A DNA stretch of 32,000 nucleotides, taken from contig NZ_CP026606.1 of NCBI RefSeq assembly GCF_002945325.1, positions 600,001 to 632,000 on the forward strand, in the 5' to 3' direction. The notes under the pieces were generated by a model. The model worked only from the letters and a program-made list of their open reading frames with translations, was not told the origin of the DNA and made no database searches. This DNA is from Methanococcus maripaludis (GTDB lineage Archaea > AGJL01 > Methanococci > Methanococcales > Methanococcaceae). Shown here one piece after another: positions 1 to 12,742 of the stretch. Position 1 is the first letter of the stretch, and each line of letters opens with the position of its first letter. A program made the translations under genes and the position numbers.

Positions 1-834
1 TGCCATTTCCATTAATCTTTTTACCCGTTCTTCGGTTGAAGGGTGTGTTGAAAATAACCTTGCAACGTTTCCTGCTTTAAAAGGATTTACAATAAACATG
101 TGTGCAGTTGCAGGGCTTCCATTTCTTAACGGATGGTATTTTACCCCTTTTTCAAGTTTTGTAAGTGCATTTGCAAGGTAAATCGGGTTTGAATATTTTG
201 CCCCGTTTTCGTCAGCATTGTATTCATTCTGCCTTGAAATTGCAAATTGAACAACCATTGCAGCAATTGGAGCCAATATTATGAAAAGTAGGGATGCAAC
301 AATCTGCATTGGATTTCCATCGTCGTCTCTTCCATATCCAAAAAGCATTCCCCACTGTAAGAAATTTGCAATGTACATTATTGCTCCAGCCATCGTTGCA
401 ACGATTGTCCCGATTAAAATATCCCTGTGCTTTATGTGTCCAATTTCGTGAGCTAAAACTCCTTCAAGTTCTTGCTCATTTAAAAGTTGTAAGATTCCGG
501 TAGTAACTGCGACTACACCATTTTTAGGGCCTCTACCTGTTGCAAATGCATTTGGAGTATCAGTATTAATTATTGCAACTTTTGGTTTTTGAATATTTGC
601 CCTGTTTGCTATTGATTCAACAATTCTGTGTAAATTTGGCGCTTCGTTTTCATCAACTATTTTTGCACCATAGCTTGTCAGAACTATTTTGTCGCTATAA
701 AAATAGCTTATTAAATTAGGAATTAGTGCTAAAAGTATTGCAAATATTGGGGGGAATCCGAGCATAAAGCAAATTCCGTAGATCATTCCTGTTAAAAGTG
801 CCATCAATAAAAGAACTTTTACTGTAGACATCAT
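1..834 (-). CDS. htpX: HtpX-like M48 family membrane zinc metalloprotease (C-terminus outside the window)
   Basis: Minus-strand translation starts MMSTVKVLLLMALLTGMIYGICFMLGFPPIFA (start at 832-834 or 829-831) and contains the zincin motif GVLAHEIGHIKHRD near 440-480, followed by a hydrophobic stretch. Not in the ORF track because it runs off the left edge. Confidence 0.85.
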   Translation of the reverse strand, partial: MMSTVKVLLLMALLTGMIYGICFMLGFPPIFAILLALIPNLISYFYSDKIVLTSYGAKIVDENEAPNLHRIVESIANRANIQKPKVAIINTDTPNAFATGRGPKNGVVAVTTGILQLLNEQELEGVLAHEIGHIKHRDILIGTIVATMAGAIMYIANFLQWGMLFGYGRDDDGNPMQIVASLLFIILAPIAAMVVQFAISRQNEYNADENGAKYSNPIYLANALTKLEKGVKYHPLRNGSPATAHMFIVNPFKAGNVARLFSTHPSTEERVKRLMEMA

Positions 835-844
835 GTTTACACCT

Positions 845-1720
845 TTATTTGTAAATTTTACAAACCACTGGATTTGATAAAATTGAAGCGGCGTCATTTA
901 ATTCTTCGTCTTTACAGATGCAGAATATTGCATTTCCAAGCATTGCCTGGGACGCTCCAGCAGTAAATCTTAAATCATCACATATTTCGATTATTTCTTC
1001 AGATGCAAGACCTGTATTTTTTGCAAAGTAGTATGATAACTCCATGAAATTTTCAAGGGTTGGTTTTTTCAACAATTTTCCAAGTAATTCGTCTGAAGTA
1101 GCATTTATTTTTTCTATCCACGAAGGATCGTTAATTACGGTATCAGTTTCCTTTTTGCCAAATATATCTACCAAAACACTATAATCATCCATGTTTTTAA
1201 TGTCAACGCTTTCTACACCAATTGGAAATCCTGGACTCTTTCGAATAACAAAACCCTTTGTGTGCTGTGCGATAACATCTCCAAGCCCAGTATTACAGCG
1301 TACTTCTGCCTTGTGAGCAATTTTCACCAGTTCTGATATATCTGATTCATTTTTTTTATTATCTAAATTACTTCTATCAATATCATTTTGCATGTTCTTA
1401 AAGTTGTATGTTGAACTCAGCTCATATGCAGCACCAAGTGCACAACATCCTGATGTTCCCATACCACATCCAAGCGGAAAATCGGAAGTATAGGTTATAT
1501 CGTGTTTTAATTCGTTTTTAAGCCCCAAATAATGGATAACATCTTTTGACGGACACAGATCTATTTTTTCATCGTTAAAATAAACATTTCCAGATCCTTC
1601 GACCAATTTTGTGGATACTCCCCTATTTAGTGTAATTCCTGCACCAGTTGATCCGGTTTTTAGTAAATTTTCGTGTCTAGTTATTTTGAAAAAACCTGTA
1701 ATATGAGAGGGTATGAACAT
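845..1720 (-). CDS. Pantoate kinase, archaeal GHMP-kinase family
   Basis: 291 aa; MFIPSHITGFFKITRHENLLKTGSTGAGITLNRGVSTKL and a GHMP-like glycine-rich motif DFPLGCGMGTSGCCALGAAYELS; matches remembered archaeal pantoate kinases of CoA synthesis. Confidence 0.8.
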   Translation of the reverse strand: MFIPSHITGFFKITRHENLLKTGSTGAGITLNRGVSTKLVEGSGNVYFNDEKIDLCPSKDVIHYLGLKNELKHDITYTSDFPLGCGMGTSGCCALGAAYELSSTYNFKNMQNDIDRSNLDNKKNESDISELVKIAHKAEVRCNTGLGDVIAQHTKGFVIRKSPGFPIGVESVDIKNMDDYSVLVDIFGKKETDTVINDPSWIEKINATSDELLGKLLKKPTLENFMELSYYFAKNTGLASEEIIEICDDLRFTAGASQAMLGNAIFCICKDEELNDAASILSNPVVCKIYK

Positions 1721-1762
1721 TTTAGCACCTAATATTTATCAAAAACAGAAAAGAAATAAAAA

Positions 1763-4441
1763 TTATTTATTTAAAATCTGAATTATTTTTTCCGTAATTT
1801 GTTCCTTATTTTCAGAATATTTTCCTTGTGCGAGGTTATCTTTTCCACCGCCTTTTCCAATATTTCTGATTAAGTCTTTCATACTTATTTCAACGTTTTC
1901 TCCTCTTTTACATAAGAGGTAGTCGTTTTCATTCATTAGAACTATGAGTTTGTTTCCAACTGCTAAGTTGTCTGCAATCGACATTAATTCGTTTGGAGTT
2001 CCGTTGACCTGTTCAACTAAAACTTCGTAATTTCCAACATTCTCAAATTTGTCTGCAAGTTCGTATTTTACGAGTTCACCGACTTTTTTCTGGAGTTCTT
2101 CAATCGTTTTTTTCTGTTCTTTCCATTCTTCAAAGAATCTTTTAACAGTTTTTGGAAGCTGGTCATTTGGAATTCCTAAAATTTCAGCTGAATCAATTAA
2201 GGTATCTTCAAGACTCGCAATTTCTGAAACTGAACCCATTCCTGTTGAATATTCAAGTCTTTCAACACCATCCTGAATTCTTTCGGTCTTTAAAACTTTA
2301 ATGTATCCCACTTCTGAAGTGTTGCTGCAGTGAGTTCCACCACATGCTTCAACGTCAGTTCCTTCGATTTCGATTATTCTTAAAGTATCTCCCGGAACTA
2401 CACCACCCTGGTAGATTGTAAAGCCGTATTTTTGTTCCGCATCGTTTCTATCCATAAAAGTTGAGTTTACAGGCATTTTTGAAAGAACAATTTCGTTTGC
2501 AATTCTTTCAATTTCTTTTACCTGTTCTCTTGAAATTCTCTCGTAGTGGGTGATATCAAGTCTTCCTTTTTCAGTATCAACGTTTGAACCGGTCTGCCAT
2601 ACGTGTTTTCCAAGAACCCTTGTTGCTGCTGCATTTATTACGTGCGTTGCAGTGTGGTTTCTCATTAATTTAAGCCTGTTATCCCAGTTTACGGCACCTT
2701 TTACTGTGTCGCCTTCTTTGAATTTTGAAATGTCAGAAACTTTGTGGAATACAATTCCATTCTTTTTCTGTACGTCAATAACTTCAATATCATTTAACTG
2801 ACCAATATCGTACTTTTGACCCCCGCCTTCAGCGTAGAAAAGGGTTTTGTCTAGTACAATATATTTTTCAGCGATTTTCAAGATTTTAGCTTCAAATTCA
2901 ACTTGCGTTGGGTGTTTGAAGAATAAAAGTTCGGTTTCAGAAACTTCAAGTTCAGGAAGTTCTTTTTTCGTTGAAACTACTTCTTCAGGTTTTTCTTCCT
3001 CGTGTCTTTCTGCAACAATCGTGTAGAAATTGTCAGGAACTGTAATTGCAATAGTTTTCTTTCCTTTTTTGTTTAATTCATCAACTACATCTTTTACAAT
3101 TTCAGGAGGAAGCCCGTTACTGTCATATAATTCGATTAAATCGTCAAGCGTGATTTCTGACTTTGAAGCAGCCATTCTTTCAACGATTCCTCTTCCACGG
3201 TTTACAGTTTGAATGTATTTTTTCTCTTCAGAATCCAAAACATCCATTATGTATTCTTTCATGCCACTTAATTCAGGGTAAATTTCTTTCATGTTTTCAA
3301 GCTGCATTGAAATGATATCTTTTATGGACATTGAGATTCCGATTTTTTCCATGTATCTTAATGTCTTTCTGAGTACCAATCTTGCAAGGTAACCTTCTTT
3401 TACGTTTGAAGGTACAATTCCATCTCCAAACATGAAAGAAAGACATCTTGTGTGGTCAGCAATCGCATAGATGTATTCAAGCGGGCTTATTAATTTATCA
3501 AGCTCATCTACATCCATTCCGATTTTTTCAGCAACTTTTTGCCTTAAAACTCTTAAATCACCGACATTTTCAATATCCATAAGTCCGGCGAGAGTTGCAC
3601 TCTCAGCCATTATTTTTTCATCGACTTCTGGAATTCCCGCATCTTCTTTTAATTTTTCAATTATTTCTGAAAATAAAGATTCGTAAACTGTTGGAGTTCC
3701 TTGGGAAGCCCATGCAAATCTTTCGATTCCGTATCCTGTATCAACAATTTTCAAAGGAATTTCTTCGTAATCGTTTCCAATTTTCTTATACTGCATGAAA
3801 ACAAGTGTTGCAAGCTCAACACCGTGCGTTATAACTTCGTAGCAGGGTCCAGCGTTTCCTCCACCTTCCCACCAGCTTTCGATAAAGGTAATTGTTTTTC
3901 CGTCAATTCCAAGTCTTTTCATTAATTCAAAACAGTATTCAACAGTTTTATCTGTCCAGTACTTGTAGTCGTCTTTTGAATTGAATGCGTGGTGTGCACC
4001 CATTGTAAAGCATGTTAGGTGTCTTCCAGTTCTTCCAACATTATCAATATCGTTAAGCCTGATACATGGCTGTGCAATTACTAACGGATTTTTTACAGGT
4101 TTTACAAGCCCACTTGTAACCCATGGTTGAAATACTGCAATCGATGCAATAGTTAAAAGAATATCGTCTCTCCATCTTTTTGCAACTACGGGAGATCTTT
4201 TTACAGGGGTGTGTCCCTTTTCGTCGAAAAAGTTCGTAAATTCCTTAACCATTTCGTTGTAGGTGTATTTTTTACTGGTGATAGGGTTTCCAATAAATGA
4301 ATACTCATCACACGGACTATCTCCACAAGTAGTCCTGTCTTTATCAAGTGTCCAAAACCATTGGTTACACTCAGTACACTGTTTTCTTTCAAAACCTAAT
4401 TCATCAAAAAGTTTTACTCTATAATCGTGATTAATCTCCAT
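1763..4441 (-). CDS. alaS: Alanyl-tRNA synthetase (archaeal type)
   Basis: Starts [22 protein letters not shown]; contains [18 protein letters not shown], the Cys/His editing motif [15 protein letters not shown] and a C-terminal [10 protein letters not shown]-type motif. ORF track starts 7 codons upstream; internal ATG preferred. Confidence 0.95.
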   Translation of the reverse strand: MEINHDYRVKLFDELGFERKQCTECNQWFWTLDKDRTTCGDSPCDEYSFIGNPITSKKYTYNEMVKEFTNFFDEKGHTPVKRSPVVAKRWRDDILLTIASIAVFQPWVTSGLVKPVKNPLVIAQPCIRLNDIDNVGRTGRHLTCFTMGAHHAFNSKDDYKYWTDKTVEYCFELMKRLGIDGKTITFIESWWEGGGNAGPCYEVITHGVELATLVFMQYKKIGNDYEEIPLKIVDTGYGIERFAWASQGTPTVYESLFSEIIEKLKEDAGIPEVDEKIMAESATLAGLMDIENVGDLRVLRQKVAEKIGMDVDELDKLISPLEYIYAIADHTRCLSFMFGDGIVPSNVKEGYLARLVLRKTLRYMEKIGISMSIKDIISMQLENMKEIYPELSGMKEYIMDVLDSEEKKYIQTVNRGRGIVERMAASKSEITLDDLIELYDSNGLPPEIVKDVVDELNKKGKKTIAITVPDNFYTIVAERHEEEKPEEVVSTKKELPELEVSETELLFFKHPTQVEFEAKILKIAEKYIVLDKTLFYAEGGGQKYDIGQLNDIEVIDVQKKNGIVFHKVSDISKFKEGDTVKGAVNWDNRLKLMRNHTATHVINAAATRVLGKHVWQTGSNVDTEKGRLDITHYERISREQVKEIERIANEIVLSKMPVNSTFMDRNDAEQKYGFTIYQGGVVPGDTLRIIEIEGTDVEACGGTHCSNTSEVGYIKVLKTERIQDGVERLEYSTGMGSVSEIASLEDTLIDSAEILGIPNDQLPKTVKRFFEEWKEQKKTIEELQKKVGELVKYELADKFENVGNYEVLVEQVNGTPNELMSIADNLAVGNKLIVLMNENDYLLCKRGENVEISMKDLIRNIGKGGGKDNLAQGKYSENKEQITEKIIQILNK

Positions 4442-4640
4442 TACAAACCACCAATCCGGCAATAATTGACATTATTGATAATGATTTTAAAACAATATGT
4501 ATTTTTTGTTTTTATTCTTTGCCCAGTTGTATTCATAAATTATAATATATAACTTTAAATTAAAATTTAAAAAATCTTTGAAAAATACATGTTTTAAATA
4601 AAATTGAATAAAAAAATTTGAAAAATAGAATTAAATAGAA

Positions 4641-5933
4641 TTAAAATGGAATTTTGAAATCTTTTCCAGCATATTTTGAAATCTGGAGTTCTTCTTCGAT
4701 TCTCATTAACTGGTTGTATTTTGCAGTTCTTTCCCCCCTTGCAGGAGCACCGGTTTTTATCTGGCCTGCATTTAGTGCAACGGCTAAATCTGCAATTGTT
4801 GAGTCCTCTGATTCTCCACTTCTGTGTGAAACAACCAAACTGTATCCATTTCTAAATGCCATGTTTGCAGCATCGATTGATTCTGAAAGGGTTCCAATCT
4901 GATTTACTTTCAAAAGGAGTGAGTTTGCAGCACCCATTTCAATTCCTTTTTTGAGTCTTTTCGTGTTTGTCACAAACAAATCATCACCGACAATTTGTAT
5001 TCCTTTTAACTCTTTCGTTGCAGTTTTAAATCCTTCAAAATCTTCTTCGAACAATGGATCCTCGATTGAAACAATTGGGTACTGTGCAACCATTTCTTTG
5101 TAAATATCGATTAATTTATCGGTTGAAACCTTTTCTCCTGCAATCATGTATGACCTGGATTTTTCATCGTAAAACTCGCTTGCAGCAGAATCGATTGTAA
5201 ATACTATTTCGTCTTCATAACCTGCTTTTTTAACTCCATCTAAAAGTACTGCTAGAGCTTCATCGATTGTCTTTACAGGAGGTGCAAATCCACCTTCATC
5301 CCCTACATTTACAGCATCTTTTCCGTATTTTTCAGCAACTACTTTTTTCAAAGATTGGTATGTTTCAGAACACATTCTCACTGCTTCTGCAAATGAATCT
5401 GCACCAACAGGCATTATCATGAATTCCTGAAAATCAAGTGCATTTCCTGCGTGCTGGCCACCATTTAACACGTTCATCATTGGAGCAGGCATAACATATG
5501 CGTTAGAGCCACCAATGTATTTGTAAAGCGGAAGTGATGCAGTGTCTGCCGCAGCCTTTGCAACTGCAAGTGAAACTGCTAAAATTGCATTTGCGCCCAA
5601 ATTTCCTTTATTTTCAGTTCCATCTAACGTTATCATTATTTGATCAATTAATCTCTGGTTTCTTGCATCTTCACCGATTAATTCCTGTGCAATAATGTCA
5701 TTTACGTTTGAAACTGCAGTTAATACGCTTTTTCCGCCGTATTTTTCGCTTTTATCCCTTAATTCAACTGCTTCGAAAGTTCCGGTTGAAGCACCGCTTG
5801 GAACAATTGTATGACCATATCCGCCACCTGCAGTTAACACTTCAGCTTCCACAGTTGGGTTTCCCCGTGAATCAAGTACCTGTCTTGCTTTTATTTCATA
5901 GATATCAAATGAATCGTCCATGTTTCTTAACAA
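4641..5933 (-). CDS. eno: Enolase (phosphopyruvate hydratase)
   Basis: [79 protein letters not shown]. Start may be TTG 5933 (just after GGTGAG) or ATG 5921 ([10 protein letters not shown]). Confidence 0.95.
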   Translation of the reverse strand: MLRNMDDSFDIYEIKARQVLDSRGNPTVEAEVLTAGGGYGHTIVPSGASTGTFEAVELRDKSEKYGGKSVLTAVSNVNDIIAQELIGEDARNQRLIDQIMITLDGTENKGNLGANAILAVSLAVAKAAADTASLPLYKYIGGSNAYVMPAPMMNVLNGGQHAGNALDFQEFMIMPVGADSFAEAVRMCSETYQSLKKVVAEKYGKDAVNVGDEGGFAPPVKTIDEALAVLLDGVKKAGYEDEIVFTIDSAASEFYDEKSRSYMIAGEKVSTDKLIDIYKEMVAQYPIVSIEDPLFEEDFEGFKTATKELKGIQIVGDDLFVTNTKRLKKGIEMGAANSLLLKVNQIGTLSESIDAANMAFRNGYSLVVSHRSGESEDSTIADLAVALNAGQIKTGAPARGERTAKYNQLMRIEEELQISKYAGKDFKIPF

Positions 5934-6174
5934 AGTCTCACCTCTGGTAAATTTCCAAATTATTAAAGTTTAAAAAAGATGAATGCCGCTAAAAACTACA
6001 TCAATGATATCGGTTTAAGAAATATATAGTTTTCCCATGATTAATTCAATTGCAAAAAGGTTATTTTTGTTTAAAAAATCCGTTAGCATTCCTTATTTAT
6101 AATTTAATAAAAAAAGTTATTTATAATTAAAAAAATAAAATTAAAATGATTCTTAAAACCTAAAAGATGATATT

Positions 6175-6453
6175 ATGAAAGGAACTGGCAATCTAATTAC
6201 CGTTGATGACAAAACTATTGTAAATTCCATGGAAAAAGTCTTTAAAGAAGAACTTGAGGATATGGAGAAAGATTTAGAATTTTTGTATAAAAAATACGAC
6301 GTTCCAAACAGCAGACTCCTCGCAGACAAAGTTTCTGCAGGAATTTACATGGGCGAAGAAATTTTAAGGGATTTAGAAGACATGGAATATTTTGAAGAAA
6401 ATATTGAAAAATTAAGGGCATACTTAAGAGATTTGAATATGAAAAAAATCTGA
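6175..6453 (+). CDS. Conserved-type hypothetical protein, 92 aa, acidic and helical
   Basis: MKGTGNLITVDDKTIVNSMEKVFKEELEDMEKDLEFLYKK...; intact ORF directly upstream of the hemD-like gene on the same strand. No family recognised. Confidence 0.6.
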   Translation: MKGTGNLITVDDKTIVNSMEKVFKEELEDMEKDLEFLYKKYDVPNSRLLADKVSAGIYMGEEILRDLEDMEYFEENIEKLRAYLRDLNMKKI

Positions 6454-6468
6454 TGAAATGGAGATCCC

Positions 6469-7203
6469 ATGAAAGTTGTAATCACGCGCCCGGCCGAGAA
6501 GGGTAAGGATTTTTCAAAAATACTTGAAAAAAATGGTTTTGAAACGATTATTCTTCCAACACTTGAACTGGTTTTTAAAAAAGCCCAAATAAACCTTGAA
6601 GACTATTCTTGGATAGTATTTACAAGTCCTCGGGGAGTTGAAGGTTTTTTTAGGAATTTAGATTTAGAGGATGCTAAAAAAGTTTTAACTAAAAAAATAG
6701 GTGCAATTGGTACGGAAACTGCAAAAGAATTTGAAAGAACGTTTGGAAAAGCGGTAGACGTTATTCCACAACAATATACTGCAGAAAACTTACTTGAAGC
6801 ACTACAAAAACAGGTTAAAAATGGAGAAAATGTGCTTGTTCCAACAACTCCTTCAACTAGAGATGTCTTAAAAGAAGGACTAAATGCAGACCTTGTTTTC
6901 GTTTACAGTTCAGAAGAACCAACAGATATACCTGAAAAATTAAAGGAACTTGAAAAACAGGTTATTTCTGAAAACTGCATGGATAAAAAAGTAATCCTGA
7001 CATTTACAAGTGGTCTTACTGCGAAAAATTTCTTTAAACACTGCAGCCCTGAGTTTTTAGAAATTTTAAAAAAGCAGTATATCGTATCAATTGGGCCGAT
7101 AACAAAGAAAAATGTAGATTCTTTTGGATTTGATTCTTTGATACCTGAAAAAAATTATACCGTCGAAGCTATGGTTCCTGTAATTAAAGATTTAAATATC
7201 TGA
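6469..7203 (+). CDS. hemD: Uroporphyrinogen-III synthase
   Basis: MKVVITRPAEKGKDFSKILEKNGFETIILPTLEL, WIVFTSPRGVEGFF, IGAIGTETAKEFERTFG, VILTFTSGLTAKNFFKHC, IVSIGPITKKNVDSFG are HemD-like. Confidence 0.85.
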   Translation: MKVVITRPAEKGKDFSKILEKNGFETIILPTLELVFKKAQINLEDYSWIVFTSPRGVEGFFRNLDLEDAKKVLTKKIGAIGTETAKEFERTFGKAVDVIPQQYTAENLLEALQKQVKNGENVLVPTTPSTRDVLKEGLNADLVFVYSSEEPTDIPEKLKELEKQVISENCMDKKVILTFTSGLTAKNFFKHCSPEFLEILKKQYIVSIGPITKKNVDSFGFDSLIPEKNYTVEAMVPVIKDLNI

Positions 7204-7261
7204 TTTTCTATTTTATAATTATTTTATTGTTTAACTACCCTTGCTAATATTGGTGATTTCT

Positions 7262-7777
7262 ATGAAAATCGGTATAATGTCAGACACTCATGACTATCTA
7301 CCAAATATAAGAAAAGCTATCGCTGTTTTTAACGACGAAAAAGTTGATATGGTTGTTCACTGTGGTGATTTTGTATCATTGTTTGTAATCAAAGAGTTTG
7401 AAAACTTAAACTCAAAAATCGTTGGAGTTTTTGGAAATAACGACGGTGAAAAAACCCTGTTAAAGGAATGGTTAAAAGAAATTGATCCTGATAATGAACT
7501 TGAAAATTATGTAAGTTTTGAAACAGATGGACATAAATTCTTTGTTCTCCACGGAACCCATGCTCCAATTCTCGAAGCAGTAATACAGTCAAAAGAGTAC
7601 GATGTTGTAATTCACGGACACACTCACGAAAGACAGTTTGAAGAAATCGACGGTGTTTTAGTAATTAACCCTGGAGAGTGCTGCGGCTATTTAACTGGAA
7701 AACCAACCGTTGCAATATTAAACACTAAGGACAAAGAATATCAAGAAATCGATTTAGATGAAGTTTCTGAAATTTAA
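7262..7777 (+). CDS. YfcE/MJ0936-family metallophosphoesterase
   Basis: MKIGIMSDTHDYLPN, VDMVVHCGDFV, VFGNNDG, LHGTHAP, DVVIHGHTHERQFEEIDGVLVINPGE are calcineurin-like phosphoesterase motifs. ATG 7262 follows GGTGA; the ORF track starts upstream at 7241. Confidence 0.88.
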   Translation: MKIGIMSDTHDYLPNIRKAIAVFNDEKVDMVVHCGDFVSLFVIKEFENLNSKIVGVFGNNDGEKTLLKEWLKEIDPDNELENYVSFETDGHKFFVLHGTHAPILEAVIQSKEYDVVIHGHTHERQFEEIDGVLVINPGECCGYLTGKPTVAILNTKDKEYQEIDLDEVSEI

Positions 7778-7977
7778 ATCAGTTTAAATCCTATTTTTTA
7801 AAAACTTTTTTAAAGTTATTTATTGTACCCAACTCTTTAATCATGGATAATTTTATTTATTATAATGCATTAACAGAAAGATGATTAAATTATTTCCATT
7901 TTCAAAAATTAAAAAAATACTAACATCAATATATTTTTAAATGTTTTTTTAACTAAATAATCGAAATGGTGGTTTGT

Positions 7978-9312
7978 ATGAAAGTTTTACTTATTGGCGG
8001 GGGAGCTAGAGAGCATGCAATTGCCATGGCCCTTAAAAAAAACGAACTCGTGGAGCTTTATACGTTAATGAAAAATAAAAATCCGGGGATATACGCACTC
8101 TCTGAAGAAGTATCATTTAACAACGAAACCGATGTTCCTGCAATAAAAGAGTTTGCGGAAAAAATTAAACCTGAAATTGCAGTAATTGGTCCCGAATCCC
8201 CACTTGGAGTTGGCGCTTCTGATTTACTCGAAGAAATGGGCATTTTAACAGTTGGTCCAAAAAAACTTCCAGCACAAATTGAAACAAGCAAAGAATTCAT
8301 GAGAAACTTATTTAAAAAATATGAAATCGACGGTTCTTTGAAATATGCTGCATTTAATGATTATGGAACTGAACTTGAAGGATTTATCGATGAAATGACA
8401 TCTTTAGGAAAAGATGTTGTTGTAAAACCTGCAGGACTTACTGGCGGTAAAGGTGTGAAAGTCGTTGGTGAACAGTTAAAAGACAATGAAGAAGCTAAAA
8501 TTTACGCTAAAGAAGTATTCGATAAAAGTATTGGTGGCGGAAAAATAATTATCGAAGAAAAACTTGTTGGTGTTGAATTTACACTCCATGGTTTTGTAGA
8601 TGGCGAAAACATCGTATTTATGCCTGCTGTTCAAGACCACCCTCACGCGTACAACAACGATGAAGGCCCAATAACCGGAGGTATGGGTTCATACTCCTGT
8701 CCAAACCACGGATTGCCCTTTTTATCAGAAGAAATGCTTGATAAAGCAGAAAAAATAATGGAAAAAACTGTTAATTCAATTAATTTAGAAGTTGGCCCTT
8801 ACAAAGGATTTTTATACGGTCAATTCATGCTTACTGCAGATGGTCCAAAGATTATTGAATATAACGCAAGATTTGGAGATCCTGAAGCTATGAACTTGCT
8901 CCCGATATTAAAAACTGACTTTTTAGACGTTTGTTTTGCAATTGCAGAAGGAAAACTTGATAAACTAAACCTTGAATTTGAAAACAAAGCAACTGTTTGT
9001 AAATATGTTGTTCCAAACGGTTACCCGATAGACCCTGTAAGAAACAAAGAATTAGCAGTTGACGAAAAAGCAATTGAAGATGCAAATGCAATATTGTTTT
9101 ACGCATCAATTAACGAAGAAAATGGAAAATTATACATTACTGGTTCAAGAAGTGCCGCTGTTGTTGGAATTTCAGAAAATATCGAAGAAGCTGAAAAAAT
9201 CGCCCAAAAAGCAATTGAAAACTTTAAAGGTGAAGTTTACTACAGAAGCGATATTGGAACACTTGATTTAATTAAAAAAAGAGTAGAAAGAGTAAAAGAA
9301 CTGGCCAAATAA
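7978..9312 (+). CDS. purD: Phosphoribosylamine--glycine ligase
   Basis: [88 protein letters not shown]; GGTGG ribosome site just upstream. Confidence 0.95.
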   Translation: MKVLLIGGGAREHAIAMALKKNELVELYTLMKNKNPGIYALSEEVSFNNETDVPAIKEFAEKIKPEIAVIGPESPLGVGASDLLEEMGILTVGPKKLPAQIETSKEFMRNLFKKYEIDGSLKYAAFNDYGTELEGFIDEMTSLGKDVVVKPAGLTGGKGVKVVGEQLKDNEEAKIYAKEVFDKSIGGGKIIIEEKLVGVEFTLHGFVDGENIVFMPAVQDHPHAYNNDEGPITGGMGSYSCPNHGLPFLSEEMLDKAEKIMEKTVNSINLEVGPYKGFLYGQFMLTADGPKIIEYNARFGDPEAMNLLPILKTDFLDVCFAIAEGKLDKLNLEFENKATVCKYVVPNGYPIDPVRNKELAVDEKAIEDANAILFYASINEENGKLYITGSRSAAVVGISENIEEAEKIAQKAIENFKGEVYYRSDIGTLDLIKKRVERVKELAK

Positions 9313-9410
9313 ATATAAAATTCATGACAATATATAAATAATAGAAATATATATCAAATTCCATCAATATTATAGAATTTAGTAAAAAATAAGTTAAATA
9401 GAGGGATTTA

Positions 9411-10559
9411 ATGAAACAGATGGATACTGAAAAACTGTTAATGATTCCGGGCCCTACAATGGTTCCAAGCAGGGTTTTAAACACCATGGCGTTACCAATT
9501 ATTGGTCACAGGACTTCAGACTTTGGAGATTTAACTGGCGATACCGTAGACATGATGAAAAAAGTATTCCAGACTGAAAATGATACATACATCATAACCG
9601 GTTCAGGAACTGCTGTAATGGATATGGCTATTTCAAATACCTTGGATAAAGGCGACAAAGTAATAAACATTACAAACGGAAACTTTGGAGAAAGATTCTA
9701 CAAAATTTCATCAGTTTACAAGGCAGACACGATAAAATACGAACCTGAATGGGGAGATTTAGCAGATCCTAAAAAATTAAGAGAATTACTCGAAGAAAAC
9801 GAGGGAATAAAAGCAGTAACTGTTGTTCACAACGAAACATCAACAGGTGCTAAAAACCCAATCGAAGACTTAGGAAAAGTTGTAAAAGATTTTGATTCAA
9901 TCTACATCGTAGATACAATCTCATCACTTGGTGGAGATTACGTAAATGTAGACAAATTCAACATCGATATCTGTGTTACGGGTTCACAAAAATGTATTGC
10001 TGCACCACCAGGACTTGCTGCAATTACCGTGGGTGAAAAAGCATGGGATGTTGTTTCAAAAACGGAAACTAAATCATTCTATTTAGATTTAAACGCATAC
10101 AAAAAATCATGGGATGCTAAAAAAGAAACCCCTTACACACCATCTGTTTCATTAACTTACGCAATGAATGAAGCTCTTGAAATGGTGCTTGAAGAAGGGC
10201 TTGAAAACAGATTTAAAAGACACGATTTACTTGCTAGAGCTACAAGAGCAGGTTTAGAAGCTATGGGACTTGAATTATTTGCAAAAGAAAGAGCAAGATC
10301 AGTTACAGTTACCTCAGCAAAATACCCTGAAGGAATTGACGACAAAAAATTCAGAGGACTCCTTGCAGAAAAATACGACATAAGAGTTGCTGGCGGACAG
10401 TCACACCTTGCTGGAAAAATATTCAGAGTTGGACACATGGGTTCAGCTAAAGAATACCAGGTTTTAGGAACCTTAGCAGCTATCGAACTTGCATTTAAAG
10501 AATTGGGCTACAATGCAGAAGGCGGAGTTGCTGCTGCAAAAAAAGTTCTATCAAATTAA
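9411..10559 (+). CDS. Class-V pyridoxal-phosphate aminotransferase, similar to the broad-specificity MJ0959 enzyme
   Basis: LLMIPGPTMVPSRVLNTMALPIIGHRTSDF, NGNFGERFYKIS, HNETSTGAKNPIEDLG, DTISSLGGDYVNVDKFNIDICVTGSQKCIAAPPGLAAI (PLP-lysine region). Confidence 0.88.
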   Translation: MKQMDTEKLLMIPGPTMVPSRVLNTMALPIIGHRTSDFGDLTGDTVDMMKKVFQTENDTYIITGSGTAVMDMAISNTLDKGDKVINITNGNFGERFYKISSVYKADTIKYEPEWGDLADPKKLRELLEENEGIKAVTVVHNETSTGAKNPIEDLGKVVKDFDSIYIVDTISSLGGDYVNVDKFNIDICVTGSQKCIAAPPGLAAITVGEKAWDVVSKTETKSFYLDLNAYKKSWDAKKETPYTPSVSLTYAMNEALEMVLEEGLENRFKRHDLLARATRAGLEAMGLELFAKERARSVTVTSAKYPEGIDDKKFRGLLAEKYDIRVAGGQSHLAGKIFRVGHMGSAKEYQVLGTLAAIELAFKELGYNAEGGVAAAKKVLSN

Positions 10560-10624
10560 AACATAATCTTTTTTAACCATTATTTTCATTTTTTTAATTA
10601 ATGTAATTATTTTTTGGTGAGTTA

Positions 10625-11284
10625 ATGTTTGAATCCAGATTTTGCGATATTTGCGGTAAGCCTGCAAAAACATATCAATTTGGAAGTTTACTTTGTGAAG
10701 ATCCCGAATGTTTAAAAAAGGCACAAAAACTTCGTGGAGGCCCTGCCGGACACAAATTAAGAGTTATTTCTGTTGGAAGTACAAATCCCGTTAAAGTTTC
10801 TGCTGTAGAAAAAGCAATTGAAAAAACTGTTGGAACCATGCTTGTATCTTCCGTAGATACAAAAAGTGGAGTATCGGACCAGCCTCAAGGATTTGAAGAA
10901 ACTTTTAAAGGAGCATATAACCGGGCAAAGGGTGCTTTTGAAAAGGTAAATTGTGTTTATGGAATTGGAATTGAAGCAGGAATTGTAGAAATTGGAGAAA
11001 AAAAATTAGATATCCACATTTGTGTTGTATATAATGGACTGGATTACAGTGTTGGAACGTCTCAGGCTTTTCAAATTCCGAAAGATATTTCTGATAGGAT
11101 AAACGAAGGTTATGAATGCAGTAAAATTGCAGAAGAAACCTACGGGGTAAAAAATATCGGTCAGAAAAATGGAATTATTGGAGTTCTTACCGATAACAAT
11201 ATACTTAGGGAACAATTATGTATTGATTCAGTTGTAATGGCCATGATTCCAAAGTACAGAAGGAATTCACAAATAAGGTTTTAA
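10625..11284 (+). CDS. DUF84 (YjjX-like inosine/xanthosine triphosphatase) domain with an N-terminal four-Cys zinc-knuckle-like segment
   Basis: N-terminus MFESRFCDICGKPAKTYQFGSLLCEDPECLKKAQKLRG, then VISVGSTNPVKVSAVEKAIEK, GFEETFKGAYNRAKGAFE, YGIGIEAGI, KNGIIGVLTDNNILREQLCIDSVVMAMIP. Confidence 0.8.
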   Translation: MFESRFCDICGKPAKTYQFGSLLCEDPECLKKAQKLRGGPAGHKLRVISVGSTNPVKVSAVEKAIEKTVGTMLVSSVDTKSGVSDQPQGFEETFKGAYNRAKGAFEKVNCVYGIGIEAGIVEIGEKKLDIHICVVYNGLDYSVGTSQAFQIPKDISDRINEGYECSKIAEETYGVKNIGQKNGIIGVLTDNNILREQLCIDSVVMAMIPKYRRNSQIRF

Positions 11285-11370
11285 ATAGGATTAATACAAC
11301 AATCTAATGAGGATAGTATTTATACAATGATTTTAATTTGTATAATAATTCTAATGGTAAAAGTGATACG

Positions 11371-12710
<1,340 letters not shown>

Positions 12711-12742
12711 AAAATTAATATATTTTTGGTTTTATTTAGTTT

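Noticed and set aside
294-503. 69-aa plus-strand ORF
   Set aside because: Antisense to the HtpX-like gene with low-complexity leucine-rich composition; shadow ORF.
2049-4392. Multiple short ORFs within the alaS interval (2049-2276, 2550-2801, 3030-3212, 3471-3686, 3595-3798, 3701-3925, 4201-4392)
   Set aside because: All overlap the confident alaS coding frame and show antisense-shadow composition.
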